Position numbers and translations under genes: made by a program. The notes under the pieces are model-generated. The model had not been told where the DNA came from and did no database searches. It saw only the letters and a list, made by a program, of their open reading frames with translations. DNA of 56,345 nt, from assembly GCA_030539175.1 (NCBI GenBank), contig JAUNSN010000003.1, positions 1 through 56,345 of the forward strand, read 5' to 3'. The first letter of the stretch is position 1. Each line of letters starts with the position of its first letter. Below, piece after piece: positions 9,616 through 17,593 of this stretch. Source of the stretch: a bacterium (lineage in GTDB: Bacteria; Bacillota_I; Bacilli_A; RF39; UBA660).

Positions 9616-11676
9616 CTATTTTTGTTTTACAAGTATTTTTTTAGGCTCGTTATAGATATACAATTTATGCTGAGCTCTAGTACATGCAACATAATACAAA
9701 TTTTTTTCGTTTTCATCATAATCTTTTGGTGTATCATTGCAAATTATTGCACCATCAAATTCCAAACCTTTAGATAAATATGCAGGAATTATAATAATAG
9801 GTTTTTTTACATTTGATGAAGACGATGAAATTAATTGAATACTTTCATCATCGTTAATCATTTTGCATAATGTTTTTGCTCTTTTTAAATCTCTTGTTAT
9901 TATTGCAATTTTAACTAATTCCTCCTTAGTCATTTTATTAATATCTTGTAATAATAGAGGTATAAGACTAGCTTTTTCCACATTTTTTATATCAACAAGC
10001 ATATTATTATTTTTTCTTATTGAACAAACATTATTTAAGCCTAATATTTTATTCGAGTATTCTATTATTTCTTCACTAGATCTATAAGTCTTGTTTAATT
10101 CCAAATATTTTGAAGTTGGAATTAAAGAAACTAAACTTTCTAATGTGTTACTCTTTGAATATGGATTAATCGTTTGATTTATATCTCCTAATATTGTAAA
10201 CGATGAATTTTTAAAAACTTTTTTTAATATTTCTATTTGAAAAGGGGTATAATCTTGGGCTTCATCAATAACAATCTGTCTGATACTATTATCAAATGGA
10301 AAGCCTTTTATTGCGAAATGAATATACAACAAACCAACAACATCTTCGTAATTAATCATATTTCCTCTAATTTCATTATAACCTTTAGACTTCAAAAAGC
10401 AGTTATAAAATTCAAGTAGATTGATTAATAATCCAATTTTTTTAAGTAAATAACTTCTAACATTTTTAACATTTTTTTTAATTGAAACACCCGCTTCAGA
10501 ACATATATATTTGGAAATTTCTTCGATTCTATCAATAATGGCTCCCTTATTGTAGCGAACTAGGAATAACTTTTTTAAAATATCATTAGAAAATTGTTTC
10601 TCTCCGAAAATTAAACCGTTTCCAAAATCTATATTATTCAAATAATCTTTTATGTATTGTTCTAAATCACTTTTATAAGTTGTACACATCTTATATTCAA
10701 TATCAGGCGATGCAAAAATACGTTTAGAATAAATTCTATCCAAATATTCACTAAAATTTTCAATTTTCTTATGCAATTTTAAATGACAACTAGCAAATTC
10801 ACTAAATGTTAGCTTTTGGACATTCTCTTCGCCTAATTCTGGTAATACATCAGAAATATAATCAGAAAAAACATTGTTTGGTGAAAAAATCAAAATATTA
10901 TTAGAATGCAAATTTTTATCTTTATATAATAAATAAGCAATTCGATGCAACGCAACTGAAGTTTTTCCTGAACCAGCAACTCCCTGTACAATGAGATATT
11001 TATCTTTATCATTTCTTATAATTTCATTTTGTTCACGTTGAATAGTGCTAACAATATTTGTCATTTTTTCGTTGGCTGAATTAGATAAAATTTCTTGTAA
11101 ATAATCGTCATCAATATTTATATCGCTTTTAAAACATCTTATAATTTCGCCATTTTCAATTTTAATTTGCATCCTAGTCAATATTTCTCCTACAATTAGT
11201 CCTCCTGGAGTATCATATTGGGCATTTCCTAATTCATAATTATAAAACAAACTTGAAATCGGTGCACGCCAATCAAAAACATAAAAACTAGCATCATCAT
11301 GTATAGAACACATACCAATATATATTTCCTCAGTTTCTTTATATTTATTATTTTTAAAAACTAGTTTTGCAAAGTATGGATTGCTTTTTGCTTTTTCATA
11401 TTTACTAATTAATTTTATTCTTTCGTTTGTAAGTTGTACATTTTGATTTACTTCATACAATGCAGCACCCATTTCTAAATCTGTATAATCTGTTTGATTA
11501 TCCCACATAAATTTTTTTATATTATTTATGTTTTCTTTATCATATTCAATAGATTTATTCTTTTGGGCAATTATTTCAGCTAATATTTTTTTCACAATTA
11601 ATAAATACTCTTTCTCTCTTTTTAATTCCTTTTCACTAATATTCATTTTTCTATCATTTTCCCTTCTATATGACAC
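9616..11676 (-). CDS. helD: UvrD-like helicase, HelD (helicase IV) type
   Basis: Walker A VQGVAGSGKTSVALHRIAYLLY, VIDEAQDY, and C-terminal LSKGLEFD/YVACTRAQHKL motifs of superfamily 1 helicases, with a long N-terminal extension as in HelD. Start is uncertain: GTG at 11676 or ATG at 11646. Confidence 0.8.
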   Translation of the reverse strand: MSYRRENDRKMNISEKELKREKEYLLIVKKILAEIIAQKNKSIEYDKENINNIKKFMWDNQTDYTDLEMGAALYEVNQNVQLTNERIKLISKYEKAKSNPYFAKLVFKNNKYKETEEIYIGMCSIHDDASFYVFDWRAPISSLFYNYELGNAQYDTPGGLIVGEILTRMQIKIENGEIIRCFKSDINIDDDYLQEILSNSANEKMTNIVSTIQREQNEIIRNDKDKYLIVQGVAGSGKTSVALHRIAYLLYKDKNLHSNNILIFSPNNVFSDYISDVLPELGEENVQKLTFSEFASCHLKLHKKIENFSEYLDRIYSKRIFASPDIEYKMCTTYKSDLEQYIKDYLNNIDFGNGLIFGEKQFSNDILKKLFLVRYNKGAIIDRIEEISKYICSEAGVSIKKNVKNVRSYLLKKIGLLINLLEFYNCFLKSKGYNEIRGNMINYEDVVGLLYIHFAIKGFPFDNSIRQIVIDEAQDYTPFQIEILKKVFKNSSFTILGDINQTINPYSKSNTLESLVSLIPTSKYLELNKTYRSSEEIIEYSNKILGLNNVCSIRKNNNMLVDIKNVEKASLIPLLLQDINKMTKEELVKIAIITRDLKRAKTLCKMINDDESIQLISSSSSNVKKPIIIIPAYLSKGLEFDGAIICNDTPKDYDENEKNLYYVACTRAQHKLYIYNEPKKILVKQK

Positions 11677-11712
11677 TCATAACGAAAATCTTTATTATAT
11701 AAAACAATTAAT

Positions 11713-12609
11713 TTAATATAAAACTGGCAAATTCTTCATTATCAAAGCTATCAATTTTTGAATTTTTAAAATGTAATTCTCATTATCAATATTCATTAAA
11801 TAAAAGTGAATATAGGCATTGATTAAACACCATTTTAAAAGATCCTTATCAAAGGTTGTAACTTTTTGATACCCTTGCAAAAAGTTAAAAACATCTTCCC
11901 AATTATCCATAAAAACTTGTGTCGGTCTTAAAACAATTGCCCAAGCAATATCTTGTTCTTTTAATCCCTTTCCACTATATTCATAATCAAGAACACCTAC
12001 AATTTGTTCTTTTTTCCATAAAATATTTGCATAATGAAAATCACCATGAATAAATGAATTGTATTTAATATTCGGTTTATTATCACGTAAATATTTAATA
12101 TAATTTTCAGCGAACGCATCCGTTTTTCGATAAAAATTCTCCTTAGGAAAATCATTTATCGGCCTTTGTTTTGCTACATCAAACTTTAAATATGGAATTT
12201 GGTGTATTTTTGCTAACTCTTTACCATACTTTTCTAAAAAATTTTTACGTCTTACGATATAGCTTTTTTTATTTATAAATTCTGATAATCTACGACCATT
12301 AACTTTTTCTAAAACAATATATTTTTTTTCATTAATTATTCCATGCTCAATTATAGGTGGCATTTTTTCATAATAACCATTATTTTTTAGTAAAGAAATA
12401 TTCTTTACCTCAGCAGCAAAATCAGCCATTTTACTTCGTTCTATTTTTATAAAAAGAGGTACACTCCTTTCATTATATATACATTTACATTCTACAACAT
12501 CATTACCAGCTGGCAAATAATTTATTATTTTTTGAAGTTGGATCTTTTTAAAACTAATTTCCTTTGGATTGATTTCCAACTCACGCCATTTTGGATATAT
12601 CATTTTCAT
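11713..12609 (-). CDS. APH/choline-kinase-fold phosphotransferase
   Basis: Catalytic loop FIHGDFHYANILW and metal-binding VLDYEYSG. Strong RBS AAGGAGG overlaps the end of the upstream PP2C gene. Confidence 0.8.
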   Translation of the reverse strand: MKMIYPKWRELEINPKEISFKKIQLQKIINYLPAGNDVVECKCIYNERSVPLFIKIERSKMADFAAEVKNISLLKNNGYYEKMPPIIEHGIINEKKYIVLEKVNGRRLSEFINKKSYIVRRKNFLEKYGKELAKIHQIPYLKFDVAKQRPINDFPKENFYRKTDAFAENYIKYLRDNKPNIKYNSFIHGDFHYANILWKKEQIVGVLDYEYSGKGLKEQDIAWAIVLRPTQVFMDNWEDVFNFLQGYQKVTTFDKDLLKWCLINAYIHFYLMNIDNENYILKIQKLIALIMKNLPVLY

Positions 12610-12618
12610 AAGTCCTCC

Positions 12619-13479
12619 TTAAATCCTTCTAGTTAAAATTGCAACACTCATATTATCATCTCCACCTAATTTTTCATTGTAATACTCTTCTGAAGATAAC
12701 TTATTATTTAATGAAAAATTATTGATACTATATTCTATTATATTTCTGGGTTTATCAAAGAAACTTGAATTATCTATAATTCTTTTTAAATCGTTATCAG
12801 AAACAGAATCAGTAATGCCATCTGTAAACAAGAAAATATTATCATATTGGTTATTGTTTAAACTTATAGTTTCTATTGAAAGCAATTTTTTGGTACAACC
12901 TAACCTAGATATTATCAAATTATTCTCTTTATGAAATCTAATATCATCTTTTTTTTGAATTGTTCCATTCATATACTTAAGCCAAGCAATAGAAGCATCA
13001 TTAGTAATTTGGACAAAATGATTATTAAATTCGGTATATATCCTTGAATCACCAATATTTATAAAAAATGTTTTTACAGAAGATACAATGGCAAGTGAAA
13101 GTGTCGTTCCACCAGCATTACATGTATGCCTAATGTTAATATCAATCCAATTCATTAATGTTTTTAATTCTTGTAAAATTTCTATTTCGGTATAATAATA
13201 TGAAAATGGAGCATTAACAAACCAGTTTATAATATTATACACAGCTATATTACTAGCTTTTCCACCAAAATCCAAACCGCCCATACCATCTGCAACTGCT
13301 AACAATTTAAAATTTTTATTACTTGGATGTTCCATTATTAGTATAGAATCTTCTTGATTTTTTCTTCTTCCAATATGAGAACTAGCACACATATTTTTCA
13401 AATAATAATTTATACTTTTATAATTTTGTTGCCTGTTATTTATAATATCATCAACACATGAAAAAAATCTTTTTTGCAT
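12619..13479 (-). CDS. PP2C-family Ser/Thr protein phosphatase
   Basis: GRRKNQEDS, LAVADGMGG, LFTDGITD and GGDDNMSVAIL, the PP2C metal-binding motifs. 10 nt downstream of the rSAM gene. Confidence 0.85.
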   Translation of the reverse strand: MQKRFFSCVDDIINNRQQNYKSINYYLKNMCASSHIGRRKNQEDSILIMEHPSNKNFKLLAVADGMGGLDFGGKASNIAVYNIINWFVNAPFSYYYTEIEILQELKTLMNWIDINIRHTCNAGGTTLSLAIVSSVKTFFINIGDSRIYTEFNNHFVQITNDASIAWLKYMNGTIQKKDDIRFHKENNLIISRLGCTKKLLSIETISLNNNQYDNIFLFTDGITDSVSDNDLKRIIDNSSFFDKPRNIIEYSINNFSLNNKLSSEEYYNEKLGGDDNMSVAILTRRI

Positions 13480-13489
13480 AACTCACCAA

Positions 13490-14752
13490 TTAAAAAGTGT
13501 ATGGTAAAGAAGCCATATCGAAAGAACGACAACTTTTTGCACCATTTTTGCATTTATATAAAGGGCATCCTCCAAAACAATCTGGTAACATCTTGCATTT
13601 TATACATTCAGGATCTGCGAACGCTGACATACAACTTTTATACCAAGCAATTACTCTTTCTGGTTTTAAAATAATTTTACCATTGTTATCTATTTTTCCA
13701 ATACAAGCATCAGTATATCCAATATCATTAATACATTTCCAAATGCTTAAGTCGGGCATTAAATAAAACATTTTTCTATCACCACAAGCTTCACAACTTT
13801 GATAATTATATTTTTCTCTTAAAACATTAAACCCTAAATTGTCTCCTATTTCAAAATAAGGCTTTAATTCGGTAATATTGTTCAAGTTTTGTTCTTTATA
13901 AGAATGCGTATTATAAATAATTCTAAACATCAAATAAATATGTTTTCTAGTATTTTTATTAATTTGTTCTAATGTACATTTTATTTTATCTACATTAGTA
14001 TTATTTAAATTTATTCTTAAAATGAATTTAAAATTTTCCAAGTTCGTAGTTAACGGGACTAATGTATTGATTTTATCAATTAAAAAGTCAAATGAAGGTG
14101 CTCCGTTTTTAAATATTCGCATAGTATCATGATTTTCTTTATCAGAATCAATAGTAATTTGCAAAGCATACAAATTATGTTGTAACAATTTGACCAAAAT
14201 GCTTTCGGTTAATAGAGAACCATTAGTGACAATGCTTGTAAAATATTCATAATTTTTTATATTAGAATCATTTTTTACCCAGTTAAGAAATTCCAGGCAT
14301 TCATCTACAAAAAGCAAAGGTTCTCCTCCAAATAAACTAATTTGCACATGATTATGTATTTGAAAATTTTTTTCAGCATATTTTTTTAAAACAGCAAAAT
14401 ATTTCTTTATATTTTCCTTTCCACAACTATAACCCTTTTCACAACAATATGGACATTTAAAATTGCATGCCAAAGATGGAACTAAAATAATATTAAAAAA
14501 GTCTGTTTCAAAAAATTTTTGTTCATATATATACTTTATTTCGGAAAATTCATCTCTATCGTCATCAACAATAAATCCATTTTCATATAACATTTTCTTT
14601 TCTCTTACATTAAGTTTATTAAAATTATCTATATCTTCAATAAAACTAACATCGGCATTTTTTTCTAAAAAAATACTCGCCTTAGAAAAAGCATTATAAA
14701 TTAACACATTTTCAGCATATTTTTTTATTAAATTGTATTTACTTATTTTCAT
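13490..14752 (-). CDS. radical SAM enzyme with C-terminal SPASM-like Cys-rich domain (peptide maturase type)
   Basis: LACNFKCPYCC (CX3CX2C), GGEPLL, and C-terminal CEACGD..WKCIND..C..CIKCKMLPDCFGGCPLYKC. About 95 aa precede the cluster motif, where an RRE could sit. RBS GGAGGG. Confidence 0.88.
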   Translation of the reverse strand: MKISKYNLIKKYAENVLIYNAFSKASIFLEKNADVSFIEDIDNFNKLNVREKKMLYENGFIVDDDRDEFSEIKYIYEQKFFETDFFNIILVPSLACNFKCPYCCEKGYSCGKENIKKYFAVLKKYAEKNFQIHNHVQISLFGGEPLLFVDECLEFLNWVKNDSNIKNYEYFTSIVTNGSLLTESILVKLLQHNLYALQITIDSDKENHDTMRIFKNGAPSFDFLIDKINTLVPLTTNLENFKFILRINLNNTNVDKIKCTLEQINKNTRKHIYLMFRIIYNTHSYKEQNLNNITELKPYFEIGDNLGFNVLREKYNYQSCEACGDRKMFYLMPDLSIWKCINDIGYTDACIGKIDNNGKIILKPERVIAWYKSCMSAFADPECIKCKMLPDCFGGCPLYKCKNGAKSCRSFDMASLPYTF

Positions 14753-14770
14753 AAACCCTCCAAATATTAA

Positions 14771-14790
14771 AAAAGTGAATTATCACTTTT
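14771..14790 (-). terminator. weak hairpin immediately after the precursor stop (possible partial terminator or attenuator)
   Basis: AAAAGTGA-4 nt-TCACTTTT, a perfect 8-bp AT-rich stem. On the minus strand it is followed by TAATATTT and then the rSAM RBS. Confidence 0.3.
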
Positions 14791-14910
14791 TTAATTAGCA
14801 ATACAAAATCCATTGCCTGTACATGCACATGCATCTAAATTATTAAGAACTGATATTTCTTTTTCTTCATCCATAGATTTTCTTATACTTGTATATGCGT
14901 TTGGTTTCAT
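14791..14910 (-). CDS. 39-aa Cys-rich precursor-like peptide MKPNAYTSIRKSMDEEKEISVLNNLDACACTGNGFCIAN
   Basis: First gene behind the promoter at 14957..14985 and 38 nt upstream of the rSAM gene. Charged leader-like N-terminus, three Cys in the last 13 residues. No strong SD; alternative starts are GTG at 14934 (47 aa) or ATG at 14874 (27 aa). The 79-aa track ORF would start upstream of the promoter. Confidence 0.6.
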   Translation of the reverse strand: MKPNAYTSIRKSMDEEKEISVLNNLDACACTGNGFCIAN

Positions 14911-14956
14911 TTTATTTAATTTTAAGATTTTCACTATTCCATTTCTCTTTATAAAT

Positions 14957-14985
14957 ATTTTAATAGAACGAATAAAAAAAGTCAA
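14957..14985 (-). promoter_or_regulatory. sigma-A-type promoter TTGACT-17 nt-TAAAAT for the peptide/rSAM operon
   Basis: Read on the minus strand: the -35 element is at 14980..14985 and the -10 at 14957..14962, with an exact 17-nt spacer, about 45 nt upstream of the ATG at 14910. Confidence 0.55.
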
Positions 14986-15038
14986 GAATTGTATGGTAAT
15001 TGTATTCACAAAAAAGGATAAACACCGCACTAAATGTA

Positions 15039-15067
15039 TTGCTATAAATAAATTTATCAGTTATAAT
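15039..15067 (+). promoter_or_regulatory. divergent promoter TTGCTA-17 nt-TATAAT for the 15088 gene
   Basis: The -35 element is at 15039..15044 and the -10 at 15062..15067. A GGAGG RBS follows, 9 nt before the ATG at 15088. Confidence 0.55.
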
Positions 15068-15087
15068 TAAAATGGAGGCAAGACAAA

Positions 15088-15474
15088 ATGAGTAAAGTAA
15101 AAATTACATGTAATAATAATTACAAATTTCATTCATATAATGGTTATTCATATCATAGTAAGGGTTGTAATAAAGACTTTTTTGTCGATATAAATAATAT
15201 TTCTCCCTATATAATTAATAGTCCCTGTGACAAACTTACTATTTTAGTTGTACCATGCCCTTATTGTTATGAAATTATTGAACTATCTAATTTAACAAAA
15301 GATCAACGAGATAAAATATTACAAACATCCAAAGATATTGATCCATATATACAAACTAGTATATTAGATTTACAAAGAGATAAATATAATATTAAAAAAC
15401 TATTAACAACCGTATCAGAACAACTAGAAAATCAACAAAAGCATTATACAAAACAATTAAAACAACCAAAATAA
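15088..15474 (+). CDS. small Cys-containing protein of unknown function (possible zinc-ribbon plus coiled-coil tail)
   Basis: Good RBS and promoter. Cys at ITC, KGC, SPC and CPYC. The C-terminal third is K/Q-rich and helical-looking. Confidence 0.6.
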   Translation: MSKVKITCNNNYKFHSYNGYSYHSKGCNKDFFVDINNISPYIINSPCDKLTILVVPCPYCYEIIELSNLTKDQRDKILQTSKDIDPYIQTSILDLQRDKYNIKKLLTTVSEQLENQQKHYTKQLKQPK

Positions 15475-15484
15475 TGGTTGTTTT
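15459..15484. terminator. bidirectional hairpin between convergent genes
   Basis: AAAACAACCA-6 nt-TGGTTGTTTT, a perfect 10-bp stem spanning both stop codons. Confidence 0.5.
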
Positions 15485-15947
15485 AATACTTACTGGCACT
15501 ATTTATAAGTAAGTTATAAATATTTATTGTACAAATTAAATTTAATCTCTTTATTCGTAAATCTTGACTATATATTTTAGCAATTTCACTATCTAATTGA
15601 TGCTTTTTTAGTACTTCAATATACATATCTATATAATTATCTAAGAATACTAAATAATTATTTCTACTAACCATTATATTATTAATATCTTCTTTTATTA
15701 TAGCATTATAATCATTATCTATCTCAATATCTAAAATAACATAATCATTATTACTAATACCATCAAATATTTTACGATAATTATCAAAACTCAAATAATC
15801 ATTAAATGTTATATCATAATTTCTATATCCATTACTAATATCACTTTCTTCATTAAAAACTAATTTACTATTATTTTTATGAAGCCAAGAGTAACAGCAA
15901 ATACTAAACAAAAAAACAATTATAAGAGACAATATTTTTATTTTCAT
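15483..15947 (-). CDS. hypothetical exported or membrane-anchored protein
   Basis: N-terminus MKIKILSLIIVFLFSICCYSW looks like a signal peptide. No recognisable domain. Confidence 0.5.
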   Translation of the reverse strand: MKIKILSLIIVFLFSICCYSWLHKNNSKLVFNEESDISNGYRNYDITFNDYLSFDNYRKIFDGISNNDYVILDIEIDNDYNAIIKEDINNIMVSRNNYLVFLDNYIDMYIEVLKKHQLDSEIAKIYSQDLRIKRLNLICTINIYNLLINSASKY

Positions 15948-15984
15948 ATTATCACCCTATAATTATTATTAGCAATTTTATAAA

Positions 15985-16419
15985 TTAAATTCTTTTAACT
16001 TTAGTTAATTTATTAATACGAGAATTAACCATTTCCATACATTCATCAAATAACAAAAAATTCTTAGTTGCAGCGACTAAACTTAAATTACTATTTTCAT
16101 CTTTAACATCCAATATCATCGTACCATCCTGCTTTTCGTAGTGTTCATATACTAAATCACTTGCTAATTCTAATAATTGTTTTATTAACCATTTAGCATC
16201 ATTCTTTTGTATATTAAAATATAAAGCACAATAATTATTTTCTTTTTGAGAATTTGTAGACAAATTACCAGCTTCTATTAAAACTTGACGTTCTTCATGA
16301 ATATATTTAAAAGCAATTCCTAAATCTGAAGTTTTAAAACATATATCAAATAAAGGAAGAATTTGAAAAAACTCTCTTCTAACCAAATTAGTTGAACTCA
16401 AACTCACATTTCTCAACAT
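15985..16419 (-). CDS. hypothetical cytoplasmic protein
   Basis: 144-aa ORF preceded by GGGAGGTG. No recognisable motif. Confidence 0.5.
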   Translation of the reverse strand: MLRNVSLSSTNLVRREFFQILPLFDICFKTSDLGIAFKYIHEERQVLIEAGNLSTNSQKENNYCALYFNIQKNDAKWLIKQLLELASDLVYEHYEKQDGTMILDVKDENSNLSLVAATKNFLLFDECMEMVNSRINKLTKVKRI

Positions 16420-16528
16420 AGTTATAAATCACCTCCCATAACTAATATTTTATATTAAATAGAATAACTATACAATAGTTACATTAACATTTATTATATA
16501 AAATACATATAATATGGTAGGTGATAAT

Positions 16529-16732
16529 ATGTTTTTAAATATTATAAATTTTTTAAAGTTATGTGTTGGTTGGCGATTATTTTGTTTTGTAATATCTTTA
16601 GTACTTACTATTGTCGTTCTTTATCAAGCGATATTAACAGTATTTTTCACTATTAAACTAAATGCTTTTATACTTTTAATTGAATATGTTGCCTTACTTT
16701 GTTCAACTGGTTATACTATTTTCGGATATTAA
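16529..16732 (+). CDS. small hydrophobic protein (two predicted TM segments)
   Basis: ATG at 16529 follows GGTAGGTGA. The product is almost entirely hydrophobic. Its 3' end overlaps the convergent 16703..17593 gene. Confidence 0.35.
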   Translation: MFLNIINFLKLCVGWRLFCFVISLVLTIVVLYQAILTVFFTIKLNAFILLIEYVALLCSTGYTIFGY

Positions 16733-17593
16733 TGCTAAGGTCTTATATAAATAATCAATTGATTTTCTTACCTTTTTACATAATTCATATTGACTACCAG
16801 TAAGAGAAATTTTATCAGGTATACAAAGTATAACAAAGAGTAATAGTTTTTCTTCTTCCATTAATGGATATATACTTTCATAATACTTAAATATTTCGTT
16901 AAAATCAAAATCTAAATAATGTTTTTTATAAAGAACATATATATCATATATTGGCATATCAATTTTACTTTTTTCCCAACTGATAAAATAACTTTTATCA
17001 TTTTTTATATAATGTTCTAATTCTAAATTATTATGAATATTTACTACTCTTTGTCTTCTTTTATCTTTAATTAACTTATACCATTTTTCTAACGTTTTCT
17101 TACTATAATCAATAGATTCATATATTATATTAATATTTCTAGCAATCAAATAACTAACTGGTGACATATATACTTCGCTTTCAATTATATTAATAATATC
17201 AGTATAATAATTATATAAGTATTCAATATTCTTTAATAAATCTTCATATATCTTCTTATAATCATCAATATCCACTTCTTTATAAAAGGTAGTCTTACTA
17301 TGTAACATTGCCATTAATTTTACTAAATCTAATATTTTTTGTTCGCTAGGTTCATCATAATCACTAATATACTCAAATACATCATATTCTGGATCATTAA
17401 TTATTTTATCAGGATAATAATTAAAAGCTCGAGATTTTAAATAATTATAAACTGCATCTATGTTATTATTCTTTTTCTTTTTTATAACATATTTTCCCTT
17501 GTTAGTATCAAGTATACGAACATCTTTTTTTTGTGTGTATCTATTTAATTCTAACTTATATTTGTTTAAAAAATCTTTAACACTATTCATCAT
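16703..17593 (-). CDS. CotS/YsxE-family spore-coat kinase-like protein (degenerate catalytic loop)
   Basis: VNIHNNLELEHYI sits where kinases carry HGDxxxxN, and ISWEKSKIDMPIYDI is an IDWD..P..D-like motif. Overlaps the spoVID-like gene by 11 nt, matching the Bacillus spoVID-ysxE order. Confidence 0.5.
   Translation of the reverse strand: MMNSVKDFLNKYKLELNRYTQKKDVRILDTNKGKYVIKKKKNNNIDAVYNYLKSRAFNYYPDKIINDPEYDVFEYISDYDEPSEQKILDLVKLMAMLHSKTTFYKEVDIDDYKKIYEDLLKNIEYLYNYYTDIINIIESEVYMSPVSYLIARNINIIYESIDYSKKTLEKWYKLIKDKRRQRVVNIHNNLELEHYIKNDKSYFISWEKSKIDMPIYDIYVLYKKHYLDFDFNEIFKYYESIYPLMEEEKLLLFVILCIPDKISLTGSQYELCKKVRKSIDYLYKTLALISENSITS

Noticed and set aside
13474-13766. Two plus-strand ORFs (13474..13674 and 13497..13766) at the 3' end of the rSAM gene
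   Set aside because: They are antisense to the Cys-rich SPASM region, whose motifs clearly define the minus frame as coding.
13490-14752. Idea that the rSAM/SPASM enzyme is an anaerobic sulfatase-maturating enzyme partnered with the FGE-like protein at 374..2260
   Set aside because: No sulfatase gene is in the window. The two genes are 11 kb apart in different operons. The rSAM gene is directly coupled to a Cys-rich micro-gene, which fits peptide maturation better.
14911-15030. N-terminal 40 residues of the 79-aa track ORF 14791..15030 (MRCLSFFVNTITIQF..)
   Set aside because: This part lies upstream of, or across, the TTGACT-17-TAAAAT promoter at 14957..14985. It is hydrophobic low-complexity translation of AT-rich promoter DNA. 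Only the last 27-47 codons are plausible.
14813-15070. 85-aa plus-strand ORF overlapping the precursor gene and the divergent promoter region
   Set aside because: It is antisense to the peptide gene, spans two promoters, has no RBS, and has the low-complexity F/I/L/K composition typical of AT-rich antisense frames.
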